This document shows, in pieces, positions 10,407 to 20,167 of a stretch of 64,000 bases of DNA (position 1 is its first letter; every line of letters starts with the position of its first letter). The stretch comes from an uncultured Myxococcia bacterium (GTDB lineage Bacteria; CAZTWC01). The stretch is from assembly GCA_964617105.1 (NCBI GenBank), contig CAZTWC010000001.1, forward strand, positions 1 to 64,000. Direction: 5' to 3'. The translations under genes were made by a program, and so were the position numbers. The notes beneath the pieces are model-generated. The model was not told where the DNA came from and made no database searches. It saw only the letters and a list, made by a program, of their open reading frames with translations.

Positions 10407-12027
10407 TTTTATATCCGGACTATGGGGCAAAAAATTGCTCAGGTTCTCTTTGACGATGGTGATGATTATTGCCACTCTTAAGTCAGAAAAAGGTTTTGCC
10501 CGCCCAAAGTCCTGTTATCCTAACCCGGATATCCTCCAAATTGTTCCCGCCAGTTGCCAGGCAGTTATTCTGTTTAAAGACCTATCCGCCTTTATTCGCC
10601 AGTTTCAGCGTTCATCTTTGGGAAGGTTATGGAGCGATAAAAGGTTAGTCTCTATTTTTCAGAATAAGGAGCCGGCAGATGGATACGGGACATCAAAAAA
10701 ATGGCTGAAAATTTTCCGCTTAAGTAAAGAAACAGTTTTTTGTTTCAATTTTAAGGCGGGCCAAACTCCCCAAATATTTTTTGTGAGCCGGTTTGCCAAA
10801 GGGAAAAAGTTAACCACTAAAGTGATTCATCGCCTGAGCACAGGAAAATTACAAACCAAAAAGTTCCATGGAGAAGATATATTTATTACTCAAAACAACC
10901 GGTTGGCCTTTTCGTTTCCAACTCCTGCTCAACCCTCTTGTGAACCCTTGATGGTAGGAGGAAACATCCCAACTTTGGTGGTGAAACTGGTGGAGCAACT
11001 AAAGGCCCCTATTTTTCCCGGTCTGGGCTCAAAAGTCGAGTTTATTACCGCCCTGGACAATTTATCCCATAAAGGAAAAATGACGGCAATAATCACCGGG
11101 ATGCCGGCTTTGCGCACCTGGCTGGCCCATAAATCCCCCCTGTTTTACCAATTTACCATGGCTACCGGACTTCACCAGATCCGCAGCCTGACTTTCAGCT
11201 GCCAGCCCGATTTAAAACAGGTTCGTTTTTGGCTAGTAATGGATTTGCGTATCTCGCCCCCAAAAAATATACCCAATAAACCTTTCGACCTTCAAGTAGT
11301 CCCTCCCCAACTTCCCTGGCAGGTGGCTTCATATAGTTGGCTAGGTGTTCATCCCGCCAAAATTTACCACTTTTTTGGCGATTTTACCTACAACCTTACT
11401 CCTTTGGCTCTACAGACTTTTTTCCCAGATAAAATTTTTTGGAAAAATCACCACATTAATCTTGAAAAACAATTGTGGCAATACCTGTCACCCGAGGTGG
11501 TAGTGGTCGAACTGAGCCAGACTAAAGAACCACTCTATTTTTTTAGCGGCTCCTGGAAAAAAATAGCGCCTTTTTTACAAGAAATAGCGGCTCAACACAA
11601 GTGGCTGGAACTTAAAAATGAAAAAAAGGACATTACCGGCATCTTTCTTGGTAAAAACCCACGGTTGGATACCGCTTTAAAACCATTTTTGCCCCAATGG
11701 GTAAAAGCAACAGAGAATTATATCGTTCTCAGTAAAGAGAAAAAAAATCTCCGTCTAATTCCCAAACTTAGCAAAACTCTATTGGCGAACAGGAAAATTG
11801 GAAACAAACAATTACTGACAAAGCCAAACCTGTTTTTCTTTCACTCCAATTATAAGAAAAAATGGTTGCCAAAGACAAAGAATTCCTCTGCCCCTCCAAA
11901 TGAATATGAAAAAGTAGTTTCCGGTAATCTTTTGCCGGTTAAAAACCTGGTTAAACTAATGAAGGGTGTCATGGTAGGCGGAAGTCTAGAGGGCAGCAAA
12001 CTGGTAGTTGAAACAGTGATCTATTAG
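10357..12027 (+). CDS. Hypothetical exported protein (start uncertain)
   Basis: 556-aa ORF with N-terminal hydrophobic stretch. Confidence 0.55.
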   Translation: MPTWLILKFINMKQNLSFISGLWGKKLLRFSLTMVMIIATLKSEKGFARPKSCYPNPDILQIVPASCQAVILFKDLSAFIRQFQRSSLGRLWSDKRLVSIFQNKEPADGYGTSKKWLKIFRLSKETVFCFNFKAGQTPQIFFVSRFAKGKKLTTKVIHRLSTGKLQTKKFHGEDIFITQNNRLAFSFPTPAQPSCEPLMVGGNIPTLVVKLVEQLKAPIFPGLGSKVEFITALDNLSHKGKMTAIITGMPALRTWLAHKSPLFYQFTMATGLHQIRSLTFSCQPDLKQVRFWLVMDLRISPPKNIPNKPFDLQVVPPQLPWQVASYSWLGVHPAKIYHFFGDFTYNLTPLALQTFFPDKIFWKNHHINLEKQLWQYLSPEVVVVELSQTKEPLYFFSGSWKKIAPFLQEIAAQHKWLELKNEKKDITGIFLGKNPRLDTALKPFLPQWVKATENYIVLSKEKKNLRLIPKLSKTLLANRKIGNKQLLTKPNLFFFHSNYKKKWLPKTKNSSAPPNEYEKVVSGNLLPVKNLVKLMKGVMVGGSLEGSKLVVETVIY

Positions 12028-12037
12028 TTCCTGTCCT

Positions 12038-13525
12038 TTATTCGTGGGGCATTTTACCCCTGGGAGCCCGAAAAAATTGCAAGGGAGAATAGAATTGAAA
12101 ATTGGCAAACCGGCTGGTATAAACACAGGCGTATGCTTCTACCTGCTTTCCCAACCAACTCTTTTCTGCTCCCTCTTTAAAAAGCATACCCCAATATGGA
12201 TTAAAATATTTTTCAAACTCCACCTCGGTCTGGTTAATTTTTTTAACCGTATCATGCAATTTTTTCCTTTGTTGACTTAATTCCTTGTGAAGTTCTTCAA
12301 TTGCCCTCAAACATCTCTTTTGATCCTCTTCTTGATCACAATTATCATATAGTTCAGTTAGAGATGAAGCCAGCATCTGGTTATAGACCAACTCCTGGTC
12401 CAGCCGAAACCGTTTTTCGTCCAAACGACAGAGGCGTTGAAAGGTTTCAACATTGTGGCTCATTATTCTAATTTCTCGCTCCAATTCCGGAATAATTTGG
12501 GCAGTCCGCCAGAGAGAAGACTTTTTAGACCTCAAGATATCACCATAAATATGATCCCCCATGTAGAGGATATTATCGCTACCGATTCCGGCCATCTCTT
12601 CAAATTCATTCAGGTTTCCGCCCTTTAAAAAACGAGTTTTGGGGGACGGCACCACTGGCAGTCCCTGATTTTCCCCATCTGCATCCAAATATTCAAAGGA
12701 ATTATCCTCGATAAAAAAATCGGGCTTTTGGGCGTTGACAACAATGTAGTTAAAATAGTTTTTCCAGTGGGGATATCCCCGCAAAACCCCCGAGAGCAGA
12801 TAGTCCATCACTTTATCGGTATAGGAAAAATTAGAGTTGGTTAATAAGAATAATTTTTTATTGGAAGATCTAAAGCGGTGAAGTATATTGGCCAGTTCAC
12901 TATCTCTGGCAATATAGCTGGGTAAATCACTGGTAATGATTTTTTTCATCGTTCCTTCACGATGCACGCAATCGATAGAAGCGCGGGTCTGCCTATAGAC
13001 ATCCTCATAGGAATATTTTTTAAATTTATTATCATCGATAAATTGAACCAGGTTGGCGTACAAAGATACCTCGGGTATTGCAAAAAGACAATCAATAGAA
13101 TGATAACTGTCATCGGGAAGAGATATTTTTTCATTTTTATAAATCTTTTTCCGGGTATGCTTGCGGATCATTTTGTGGCCGTGCATAACTTTGCCTATAA
13201 AGCCATGCTCATCCATTTTCAATAAATTGCCATTGGGTTTATCCACCACCAGCCCTCTGATAGCCATATTTCGCTGAAAAGGATAATCTTTCAACTGTGA
13301 AGGATAGCCATACTGTTCTATCATCATTTGAACGGTCATATCATAAGCTAACTTATCTATAGCGTCCAAATGGTAAACCGCCAGAGTGTGATCCATGTCA
13401 AAGCCTATCATGGTTATTTTATCCAAGCGCAGACTACGGTTGACATATATTTGCCGCTGGAGAGGAATCCTCTGCTGTTGATAAGTAGATTTGATAACGT
13501 TCAATAAAGACATTTTATTTTCCAT
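12038..13525 (-). CDS. HAD-IG family 5'-nucleotidase (cN-II-like)
   Basis: IYVNRSL, GFDMDHTL, FLLTNS, KPDFF, YMGDHIYGDI, YACVYTSR. Confidence 0.93.
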   Translation of the reverse strand: MENKMSLLNVIKSTYQQQRIPLQRQIYVNRSLRLDKITMIGFDMDHTLAVYHLDAIDKLAYDMTVQMMIEQYGYPSQLKDYPFQRNMAIRGLVVDKPNGNLLKMDEHGFIGKVMHGHKMIRKHTRKKIYKNEKISLPDDSYHSIDCLFAIPEVSLYANLVQFIDDNKFKKYSYEDVYRQTRASIDCVHREGTMKKIITSDLPSYIARDSELANILHRFRSSNKKLFLLTNSNFSYTDKVMDYLLSGVLRGYPHWKNYFNYIVVNAQKPDFFIEDNSFEYLDADGENQGLPVVPSPKTRFLKGGNLNEFEEMAGIGSDNILYMGDHIYGDILRSKKSSLWRTAQIIPELEREIRIMSHNVETFQRLCRLDEKRFRLDQELVYNQMLASSLTELYDNCDQEEDQKRCLRAIEELHKELSQQRKKLHDTVKKINQTEVEFEKYFNPYWGMLFKEGAEKSWLGKQVEAYACVYTSRFANFQFYSPLQFFRAPRGKMPHE

Positions 13526-13614
13526 ATATTACACTATAGAATAAATATTTTGGCTTGGCTAATTTTAGTTATGATTATTTGCTATATATTTTTTTTTCAA
13601 AATGATCTTTTTTT

Positions 13615-13641
13615 TTAAGCTTTTTGCTATGCATCCGATGT
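13615..13641 (+). promoter_or_regulatory. Sigma28-like promoter, flagellin pair copy 1
   Basis: TTAA-N15-TCCGATGT. Confidence 0.7.
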
Positions 13642-13755
13642 ATAGGTTGAAAGGTTAACGCAATATACATAAGGAGGTAAACAAAAGAAAAAAATTTCCC
13701 CGCTCAAACACCAGTGAAGAAAATTTGAAGTTGAAGTTGAAGTTGTTTTAAATAT

Positions 13756-13811
13756 CGGGCACGGACGCCCGCTACGGCAAGGAAGCCGTAGTAGTTTTCA
13801 AGGAGGAAAAC
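13756..13811 (+). promoter_or_regulatory. Three tandem ANGGAN-hexaloop hairpins (CsrA/RsmA-type sites), the last containing the RBS
   Basis: CGGGC-ACGGAC-GCCCG; CTACGGC-AAGGAA-GCCGTAG; GTTTTC-AAGGAG-GAAAAC. Confidence 0.8.
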
Positions 13812-13814
13812 GTC

Positions 13815-14663
13815 ATGGGAATCACCATCAGAAGTAATGTAGCTTCGCTTATCGCTCAACGAAATCTCTGGAGTACCCAGAGAGATCAAAACCTCTCTTT
13901 AGAACGTCTCTCGTCTGGATTTCGCATCAATCGCGCTGCCGATGATGCTGCCGGACTGGCAATCAGTGAAAATTTAAAAGCACAAATTAGAGGATTGAAC
14001 CAGGCTAAACGTAATGCCAACGATGGCATAAGTTTGATTCAAACCGCTGAAGGCGCCTTGAACGAGGTCTCCTCCATCCTGATACGGATGAGAGAACTTT
14101 CGGTGCAAAGTGCTAATGACACTCTGGTTACCAGGGACCGCTCATTTCTCAACGCCGAGTATAGCGCCCTTAAAAATGAGATCGACAGAATCTCGGAAGT
14201 TACCGAGTTCAACGGTCTGAAGTTAATCAACGGCGACATGTCCACCAGTGCGGTGGATTTCCAAATCGGTCTGGATAGCAGCACAACCGATCGACTGTCG
14301 GTAACCATTGGTAATATTGGTACTGAGATGATCGGCTCTGGCAGCACCCAGATCAATGCCACCTATATCAATACCAAAGCCTCTTCCCGTTCCTCTCTGG
14401 CAATTCTCGATAACGCCATCGATGATGTGGCTGAGGTGAGAGCCCGGATGGGTGCCTACCAAAACCGTCTTAACTCTACTGTGGTCAACCTGGCCAATAC
14501 CTCGGAAAACCTGACCGCCGCCAATTCTCGTATCCGGGATGCAGATGTGGCCAACGAAAGCGCCATTATGACCCGAAACCAGATCTTGATGCAGGCTGGA
14601 GTGTCCGTGTTAGCCCAGGCCAACTCGTCACCCCAGATAGCACTCCAACTGCTGCAGGGATAA
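13815..14663 (+). CDS. fliC: Flagellin A, copy 1 (282 aa, no large D2/D3 domains)
   Basis: [21 protein letters not shown] ... AANSRIRDADVANE...QAGVSVLAQAN. Confidence 0.98.
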   Translation: MGITIRSNVASLIAQRNLWSTQRDQNLSLERLSSGFRINRAADDAAGLAISENLKAQIRGLNQAKRNANDGISLIQTAEGALNEVSSILIRMRELSVQSANDTLVTRDRSFLNAEYSALKNEIDRISEVTEFNGLKLINGDMSTSAVDFQIGLDSSTTDRLSVTIGNIGTEMIGSGSTQINATYINTKASSRSSLAILDNAIDDVAEVRARMGAYQNRLNSTVVNLANTSENLTAANSRIRDADVANESAIMTRNQILMQAGVSVLAQANSSPQIALQLLQG

Positions 14664-15030
14664 GTTAACCTGGAGCCAGAAGCCGGCTAATCAAACCGAA
14701 GAAGTCGGCCCGATCTGACCGGGTATTTTTAGATTGTTAATATTTAGAAGTTTAAAAATCTGTATTCAAATTTTTAGAAAGGGGGTACTGCAATGCAAGA
14801 GATGAATGAATATGCTGGAGCACTGTTAGTTGCCAGCATGATGTATCTAAAGTTATATGTAAAAGCATTAAGCAATGGCAGTCGATCATCACCGGTTATT
14901 GTCCCGGTATTCAAGCCGGAGGTAAAGATAGACAGGCCGGTAAGGAGGTACTGAAGTTCGAGTAAGCACAGAAGTTGAATTTGCCCCAAGCATGGAGGCT
15001 ATTAATCAATAATCAAGGAGGAACGTTGTT

Positions 15031-15876
15031 ATGGGCATATCAATACGAAGTAATATTGCCTCTCTAAACGCTCAGAGAGGCTTGTACGTCAACCGTTTGG
15101 AAATGGATAAAACGCTGGAAAGACTAAGTTCAGGATTTCGAATAAACAAGGCCGCTGACGATGCGGCCGGTCTGGCTATCAGTGAAAATTTCCGGGCCCA
15201 GATCAGAAGTATGGACCAGGCCAAACGTAATGCCAATGATGGAGTCAGTTTGCTGCAGACCGCAGAAGGGGCTCTAAACGAAATCAGTGCAGTCCTGACC
15301 AGGATGCGGGAGTTATCGGTGCAGTCTGCTTCCGACACCCTGATCACCAGAGACCGCTCATTTCTTAATAGTGAATTTGATAACCTGAAAAGTGAAATTG
15401 ACCGGATCTCCGAAGTGACCAAGTTCAATGGCCGAAGCCTCATTGATGGCACCTATTCAGCAACTGATTTGGACTTTCAAATAGGTATAGACGATGGGAC
15501 TGACAACCGGCTGAGTGTAAATATTAAAAATGCCGGAACCGAAATGATCGGCTCTGACAGCACGCAGGTAAACGCTTCCTATATAAACAGCAAAGCCAAT
15601 GCCAGAACTGCTCTTCAGGTATTGGACGATGCTATAAACGATGTTGCCGAAGCTCGTTCCGATATTGGTGCATATCAGAACAGGCTCAACCATACTATTA
15701 TTAACCTGGCCAACAGTTCAGAGAACCTTACTGCTGCAAATTCCCGTATCAGGGATGTTGACGTGGCACTTGAATCTGCTGAGATGACCCGAAACCAGAT
15801 CTTAATGCAAGCTGGAGTTACCGTTCTTGCTCAGGCTAATTCTACTCCTCAAACTGCGCTACAGTTACTAGGATAG
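15031..15876 (+). CDS. fliC: Flagellin B, copy 1 (281 aa)
   Basis: Flagellin N- and C-terminal motifs; AAGGAGG RBS. Confidence 0.98.
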   Translation: MGISIRSNIASLNAQRGLYVNRLEMDKTLERLSSGFRINKAADDAAGLAISENFRAQIRSMDQAKRNANDGVSLLQTAEGALNEISAVLTRMRELSVQSASDTLITRDRSFLNSEFDNLKSEIDRISEVTKFNGRSLIDGTYSATDLDFQIGIDDGTDNRLSVNIKNAGTEMIGSDSTQVNASYINSKANARTALQVLDDAINDVAEARSDIGAYQNRLNHTIINLANSSENLTAANSRIRDVDVALESAEMTRNQILMQAGVTVLAQANSTPQTALQLLG

Positions 15877-15891
15877 TTATTTTTGATTTTA

Positions 15892-15919
15892 TAAGGGGCT
15901 TGATCGGCCAAGCTCCTTA
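15892..15919 (+). terminator. Hairpin after flagellin B copy 1
   Basis: TAAGGGGCTTG-ATCGGC-CAAGCTCCTTA stem with one G-U pair; weak U-tract. Confidence 0.5.
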
Positions 15920-16069
15920 AAAGAATTTTGGTTGAGTCTGACACCGGATAGATGTGTTTCTGTTGTAAAATTATTAGAATGAGTTAGCGATTACAATGGA
16001 AACATATTCTATTTACACTGCCAGATCAAAACACCGTGCTAAAAATAGGAGCGTAAACAATTTTTTTTT

Positions 16070-16096
16070 TAAAGCTTTTTGCTATGCATCCGATGT
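16070..16096 (+). promoter_or_regulatory. Sigma28-like promoter, flagellin pair copy 2
   Basis: TAAA-N15-TCCGATGT. Confidence 0.75.
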
Positions 16097-16210
16097 ATTG
16101 ATTGAAAGGTAAACACAATATACATAAGGAGGTAAACAAAAGAAAAAAATTTCCCCGCTCAAACACCAGTGAAGAAAATTTGAAGTTGAAGTTGAAGTTG
16201 TTTTAAATAT

Positions 16211-16266
16211 CGGGCACGGACGCCCGCTACGGCAAGGAAGCCGTAGTAGTTTTCAAGGAGGAAAAC
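16211..16266 (+). promoter_or_regulatory. CsrA-type triple GGA hairpin leader, copy 2
   Basis: Same sequence as 13756-13811. Confidence 0.8.
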
Positions 16267-16269
16267 GTC

Positions 16270-17118
16270 ATGGGAATCACCATCAGAAGTAATGTAGCTT
16301 CGCTTATCGCTCAACGAAATCTCTGGAGTACCCAGAGAGATCAAAACCTCTCTTTAGAACGTCTCTCGTCTGGATTTCGCATCAATCGCGCTGCCGATGA
16401 TGCTGCCGGACTGGCAATCAGTGAAAATTTAAAAGCACAAATTAGAGGATTGAACCAGGCTAAACGTAATGCCAACGATGGCATAAGTTTGATTCAAACC
16501 GCTGAAGGCGCCTTGAACGAGGTCTCCTCCATCCTGATACGGATGAGAGAACTTTCGGTGCAAAGTGCTAATGACACTCTGGTTACCAGGGACCGCTCAT
16601 TTCTCAACGCCGAGTATAGCGCCCTTAAAAATGAGATCGACAGAATCTCGGAAGTTACCGAGTTCAACGGTCTGAAGTTAATCAACGGCGACATGTCCAC
16701 CAGTGCGGTGGATTTCCAAATCGGTCTGGATAGCAGCACAACCGATCGACTGTCGGTAACCATTGGTAATATTGGTACTGAGATGATCGGCTCTGGCAGC
16801 ACCCAGATCAATGCCACCTATATCAATACCAAAGCCTCTTCCCGTTCCTCTCTGGCAATTCTCGATAACGCCATCGATGATGTGGCTGAGGTGAGAGCCC
16901 GGATGGGTGCCTACCAAAACCGTCTTAACTCTACTGTGGTCAACCTGGCCAATACCTCGGAAAACCTGACCGCCGCCAATTCTCGTATCCGGGATGCAGA
17001 TGTGGCCAACGAAAGCGCCATTATGACCCGAAACCAGATCTTGATGCAGGCTGGAGTGTCCGTGTTAGCCCAGGCCAACTCGTCACCCCAGATAGCACTC
17101 CAACTGCTGCAGGGATAA
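16270..17118 (+). CDS. fliC: Flagellin A, copy 2
   Basis: Protein identical to 13815-14663. Confidence 0.97.
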   Translation: MGITIRSNVASLIAQRNLWSTQRDQNLSLERLSSGFRINRAADDAAGLAISENLKAQIRGLNQAKRNANDGISLIQTAEGALNEVSSILIRMRELSVQSANDTLVTRDRSFLNAEYSALKNEIDRISEVTEFNGLKLINGDMSTSAVDFQIGLDSSTTDRLSVTIGNIGTEMIGSGSTQINATYINTKASSRSSLAILDNAIDDVAEVRARMGAYQNRLNSTVVNLANTSENLTAANSRIRDADVANESAIMTRNQILMQAGVSVLAQANSSPQIALQLLQG

Positions 17119-17485
17119 GTTAACCTGGAGCCAGAAGCCGGCTAATCAAACCGAAGAAGTCGGCCCGATCTGACCGGGTATTTTTAGATTGTTAATATTT
17201 AGAAGTTTAAAAATCTGTATTCAAATTTTTAGAAAGGGGGTACTGCAATGCAAGAGATGAATGAATATGCTGGAGCACTGTTAGTTGCCAGCATGATGTA
17301 TCTAAAGTTATATGTAAAAGCATTAAGCAATGGCAGTCGATCATCACCGGTTATTGTCCCGGTATTCAAGCCGGAGGTAAAGATAGACAGGCCGGTAAGG
17401 AGGTACTGAAGTTCGAGTAAGCACAGAAGTTGAATTTGCCCCAAGCATGGAGGCTATTAATCAATAATCAAGGAGGAACGTTGTT

Positions 17486-18331
17486 ATGGGCATATCAATA
17501 CGAAGTAATATTGCCTCTCTAAACGCTCAGAGAGGCTTGTACGTCAACCGTTTGGAAATGGATAAAACGCTGGAAAGACTAAGTTCAGGATTTCGAATAA
17601 ACAAGGCCGCTGACGATGCGGCCGGTCTGGCTATCAGTGAAAATTTCCGGGCCCAGATCAGAAGTATGGACCAGGCCAAACGTAATGCCAATGATGGAGT
17701 CAGTTTGCTGCAGACCGCAGAAGGGGCTCTAAACGAAATCAGTGCAGTCCTGACCAGGATGCGGGAGTTATCGGTGCAGTCTGCTTCCGACACCCTGATC
17801 ACCAGAGACCGCTCATTTCTTAATAGTGAATTTGATAACCTGAAAAGTGAAATTGACCGGATCTCCGAAGTGACCAAGTTCAATGGCCGAAGCCTCATTG
17901 ATGGCACCTATTCAGCAACTGATTTGGACTTTCAAATAGGTATAGACGATGGGACTGACAACCGGCTGAGTGTAAATATTAAAAATGCCGGAACCGAAAT
18001 GATCGGCTCTGACAGCACGCAGGTAAACGCTTCCTATATAAACAGCAAAGCCAATGCCAGAACTGCTCTTCAGGTATTGGACGATGCTATAAACGATGTT
18101 GCCGAAGCTCGTTCCGATATTGGTGCATATCAGAACAGGCTCAACCATACTATTATTAACCTGGCCAACAGTTCAGAGAACCTTACTGCTGCAAATTCCC
18201 GTATCAGGGATGTTGACGTGGCACTTGAATCTGCTGAGATGACCCGAAACCAGATCTTAATGCAAGCTGGAGTTACCGTTCTTGCTCAGGCTAATTCTAC
18301 TCCTCAAACTGCGCTACAATTGTTGGGCTAA
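17486..18331 (+). CDS. fliC: Flagellin B, copy 2
   Basis: Protein identical to 15031-15876. Confidence 0.97.
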   Translation: MGISIRSNIASLNAQRGLYVNRLEMDKTLERLSSGFRINKAADDAAGLAISENFRAQIRSMDQAKRNANDGVSLLQTAEGALNEISAVLTRMRELSVQSASDTLITRDRSFLNSEFDNLKSEIDRISEVTKFNGRSLIDGTYSATDLDFQIGIDDGTDNRLSVNIKNAGTEMIGSDSTQVNASYINSKANARTALQVLDDAINDVAEARSDIGAYQNRLNHTIINLANSSENLTAANSRIRDVDVALESAEMTRNQILMQAGVTVLAQANSTPQTALQLLG

Positions 18332-18340
18332 AGGTTATTT

Positions 18341-18375
18341 AATTTTCCGGGGGCAGTAAATGCTCTCGGGAAATT
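18341..18375 (+). terminator. Hairpin after flagellin B copy 2
   Basis: AATTTTCCGGGGGCA-GTAAA-TGCTCTCGGGAAATT stem with G-U pairs. Confidence 0.55.
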
Positions 18376-18536
18376 ATAATGACTTACCTTATCATCTTTT
18401 TTTACCTTCCATAACGCAGTAATTCTAATATATTATCCCGATTTTTCAGTTCAATACAAGAGATAATTTTCTGGCATTTTATTTTCGATTAGGGTAGGTT
18501 CATTTTTTCATATAACGCGACAATAGGAGCATAAAA

Positions 18537-18944
18537 ATGAAAAAACTTGATCATATCGGAATAGCGGTCAAAGACTTGCAAAAAAGTAAAGCCTTCTATG
18601 AGCAAGCCCTGGGGTTTACATTGACAGGAGAGGTACTGGTGGAATCACAGGGGATAAAAACCGCCTTTTTCCAACTACCTGGAGAAATTAACTTAGAATT
18701 GATGGAGCCAAACGGGGCAAACCAGGAAACTTCTGCAATTGCCAAATTTTTATCTAAAAAAGGGGAAGGGATCCACCATATCTGTTTTGAGGTGGATAGT
18801 CTTGAAACTACCTGTAATAAATTAAAGGAACAGGGGGCGCAATTGATTTTTAAAGCACCCATAAAAGGCGCTCACCATAGCCTGGTTAATTTTATCCATC
18901 CCAAAACCACCTCTGGAGTTTTGATAGAACTTGCACAAAAATAG
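18537..18944 (+). CDS. mce: Methylmalonyl-CoA epimerase (VOC family)
   Basis: LDHIGIAV, LELMEP, GEGIHHICFEV, FIHPKTTSGVLIEL. Confidence 0.93.
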   Translation: MKKLDHIGIAVKDLQKSKAFYEQALGFTLTGEVLVESQGIKTAFFQLPGEINLELMEPNGANQETSAIAKFLSKKGEGIHHICFEVDSLETTCNKLKEQGAQLIFKAPIKGAHHSLVNFIHPKTTSGVLIELAQK

Positions 18945-19006
18945 AACTTGTTGTTATAATATACTTTATTCGACTAAAAATTAACTAAGGAGTATTTTAG
19001 GAGTAT

Positions 19007-20140
19007 TTGATGAAAAGATACCGGATATTGTTTATTGCTCTTATAACCGCTGCCCTGTGGATAGGACTACTTTCCTGCCTGAATTACAAAAACGAATGCG
19101 CCTTAAACAGCGACTGCAAAGTGGGGTTTGTTTGTACTCTGGGCAATTGCACTCCAGAATGCCGGGAGGCCAGAGACTGCAAAGAGGACGAGGAATGCCG
19201 CAGTGGGCAATGTTTCAAAGTTCGCTCCTTTTGTGATGAAGACAGTGATTGCCGGCCAGAAGAGAGATGTTTAGGTGGAGTCTGCTCAAAAGGGCTGGTA
19301 ATAAATTCCGGCAACAATAATGACGGGAACACTAAGATAGAAGATAAACACAACTATGGTCAAGCCTGCAAAGAGGCCTCTGAGTGTCATACCAACATCT
19401 GTGCCTTTGAGGAAAAAGCCGAGTTGGGAGTTTGCAGTCAAGAATGCAACAGTGTTAATGATTGCCCCCATGAAGACCCCTGCATCACCGGCGCCGAAGG
19501 AAAAATGCTCTGCAATGCCTCACCCAGTGAGGAGGATAAAGGCATTGTGGGAGACCCTTGTCCCAAGGGAAATAAAACCTGTAAAAGTGAACTGTGCATA
19601 AATTCTCCGGGAGAGGGGCCGGTCTGTGTATCTATGTGCAATATAGATGCAGATTGTCTCACAGGCTTTTCTTGCCGGAAAGCCACCAATGCCAGTGGAA
19701 ATACCTTGTCCGTATGTTTGAAGGGCACTGGTCGGGGATTCAGCGACCCTTGCAGTAAATTTTCTGATTGCACTTCCAAGTTATGCCTGGGTATGGGGGG
19801 AACATCCAGCAATGCTTATTGCACTATGAAGTGCAGTGGACAAAATTGCCCCCGGGGATATACTTGTACCAAGGTCGATGACCCCGGCACGGGAGTATCT
19901 CACGAGGTCTGCGCCGTCAACACCCGGGGCAGCAGTATTATTTGCTCCTCCAATATAGACTGCTCCGGCATCGGCTTTTGCGACATGGCCACTCAGATGT
20001 GCGTTGGGCTTTGCACCGACAATTCGGACTGTCCCCACACTTATGCTATCTGTCATCCACAGGAATACCGGTGTGTTCAGTGCACTACCGACTTTGATTG
20101 TGGTGGTGCCAGTACCTGCCAAAAGAATTTCTGCTTATAG
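19007..20140 (+). CDS. Cys-rich repeat lipoprotein
   Basis: Lipobox LLSC; many CxxxxDC...C...C repeats. Confidence 0.8.
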   Translation: MMKRYRILFIALITAALWIGLLSCLNYKNECALNSDCKVGFVCTLGNCTPECREARDCKEDEECRSGQCFKVRSFCDEDSDCRPEERCLGGVCSKGLVINSGNNNDGNTKIEDKHNYGQACKEASECHTNICAFEEKAELGVCSQECNSVNDCPHEDPCITGAEGKMLCNASPSEEDKGIVGDPCPKGNKTCKSELCINSPGEGPVCVSMCNIDADCLTGFSCRKATNASGNTLSVCLKGTGRGFSDPCSKFSDCTSKLCLGMGGTSSNAYCTMKCSGQNCPRGYTCTKVDDPGTGVSHEVCAVNTRGSSIICSSNIDCSGIGFCDMATQMCVGLCTDNSDCPHTYAICHPQEYRCVQCTTDFDCGGASTCQKNFCL

Positions 20141-20167
20141 ACGGTTTAGGAGAGCGGCGCAACCACT

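Larger units (their letters stand above)
13661..15863 (+). repeat. Copy 1 of a ~2.2 kb direct repeat (flagellin A + spacer + flagellin B)
   Basis: Apparently identical to 16116-18318 (offset 2455); all six-frame ORFs recur identically. Confidence 0.95.
16116..18318 (+). repeat. Copy 2 of the ~2.2 kb direct repeat
   Basis: Matches 13661-15863. Confidence 0.95.

Noticed and set aside
13725-13745. (TTGAAG)3 as a phase-variation tract or CRISPR-like repeat
   Set aside because: Too short, no spacers, and the same length in both copies
14860-14888. Sigma28 promoter for flagellin B (TAAAAG...GTCGATCA)
   Set aside because: Spacing is off by 1-2 nt and the match is weak; plausible but not called
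13704-14989. Minus-strand ORFs (61, 107, 79, 71 aa) recurring in both repeat copies
   Set aside because: Shadow ORFs; the recurrence only reflects the duplication
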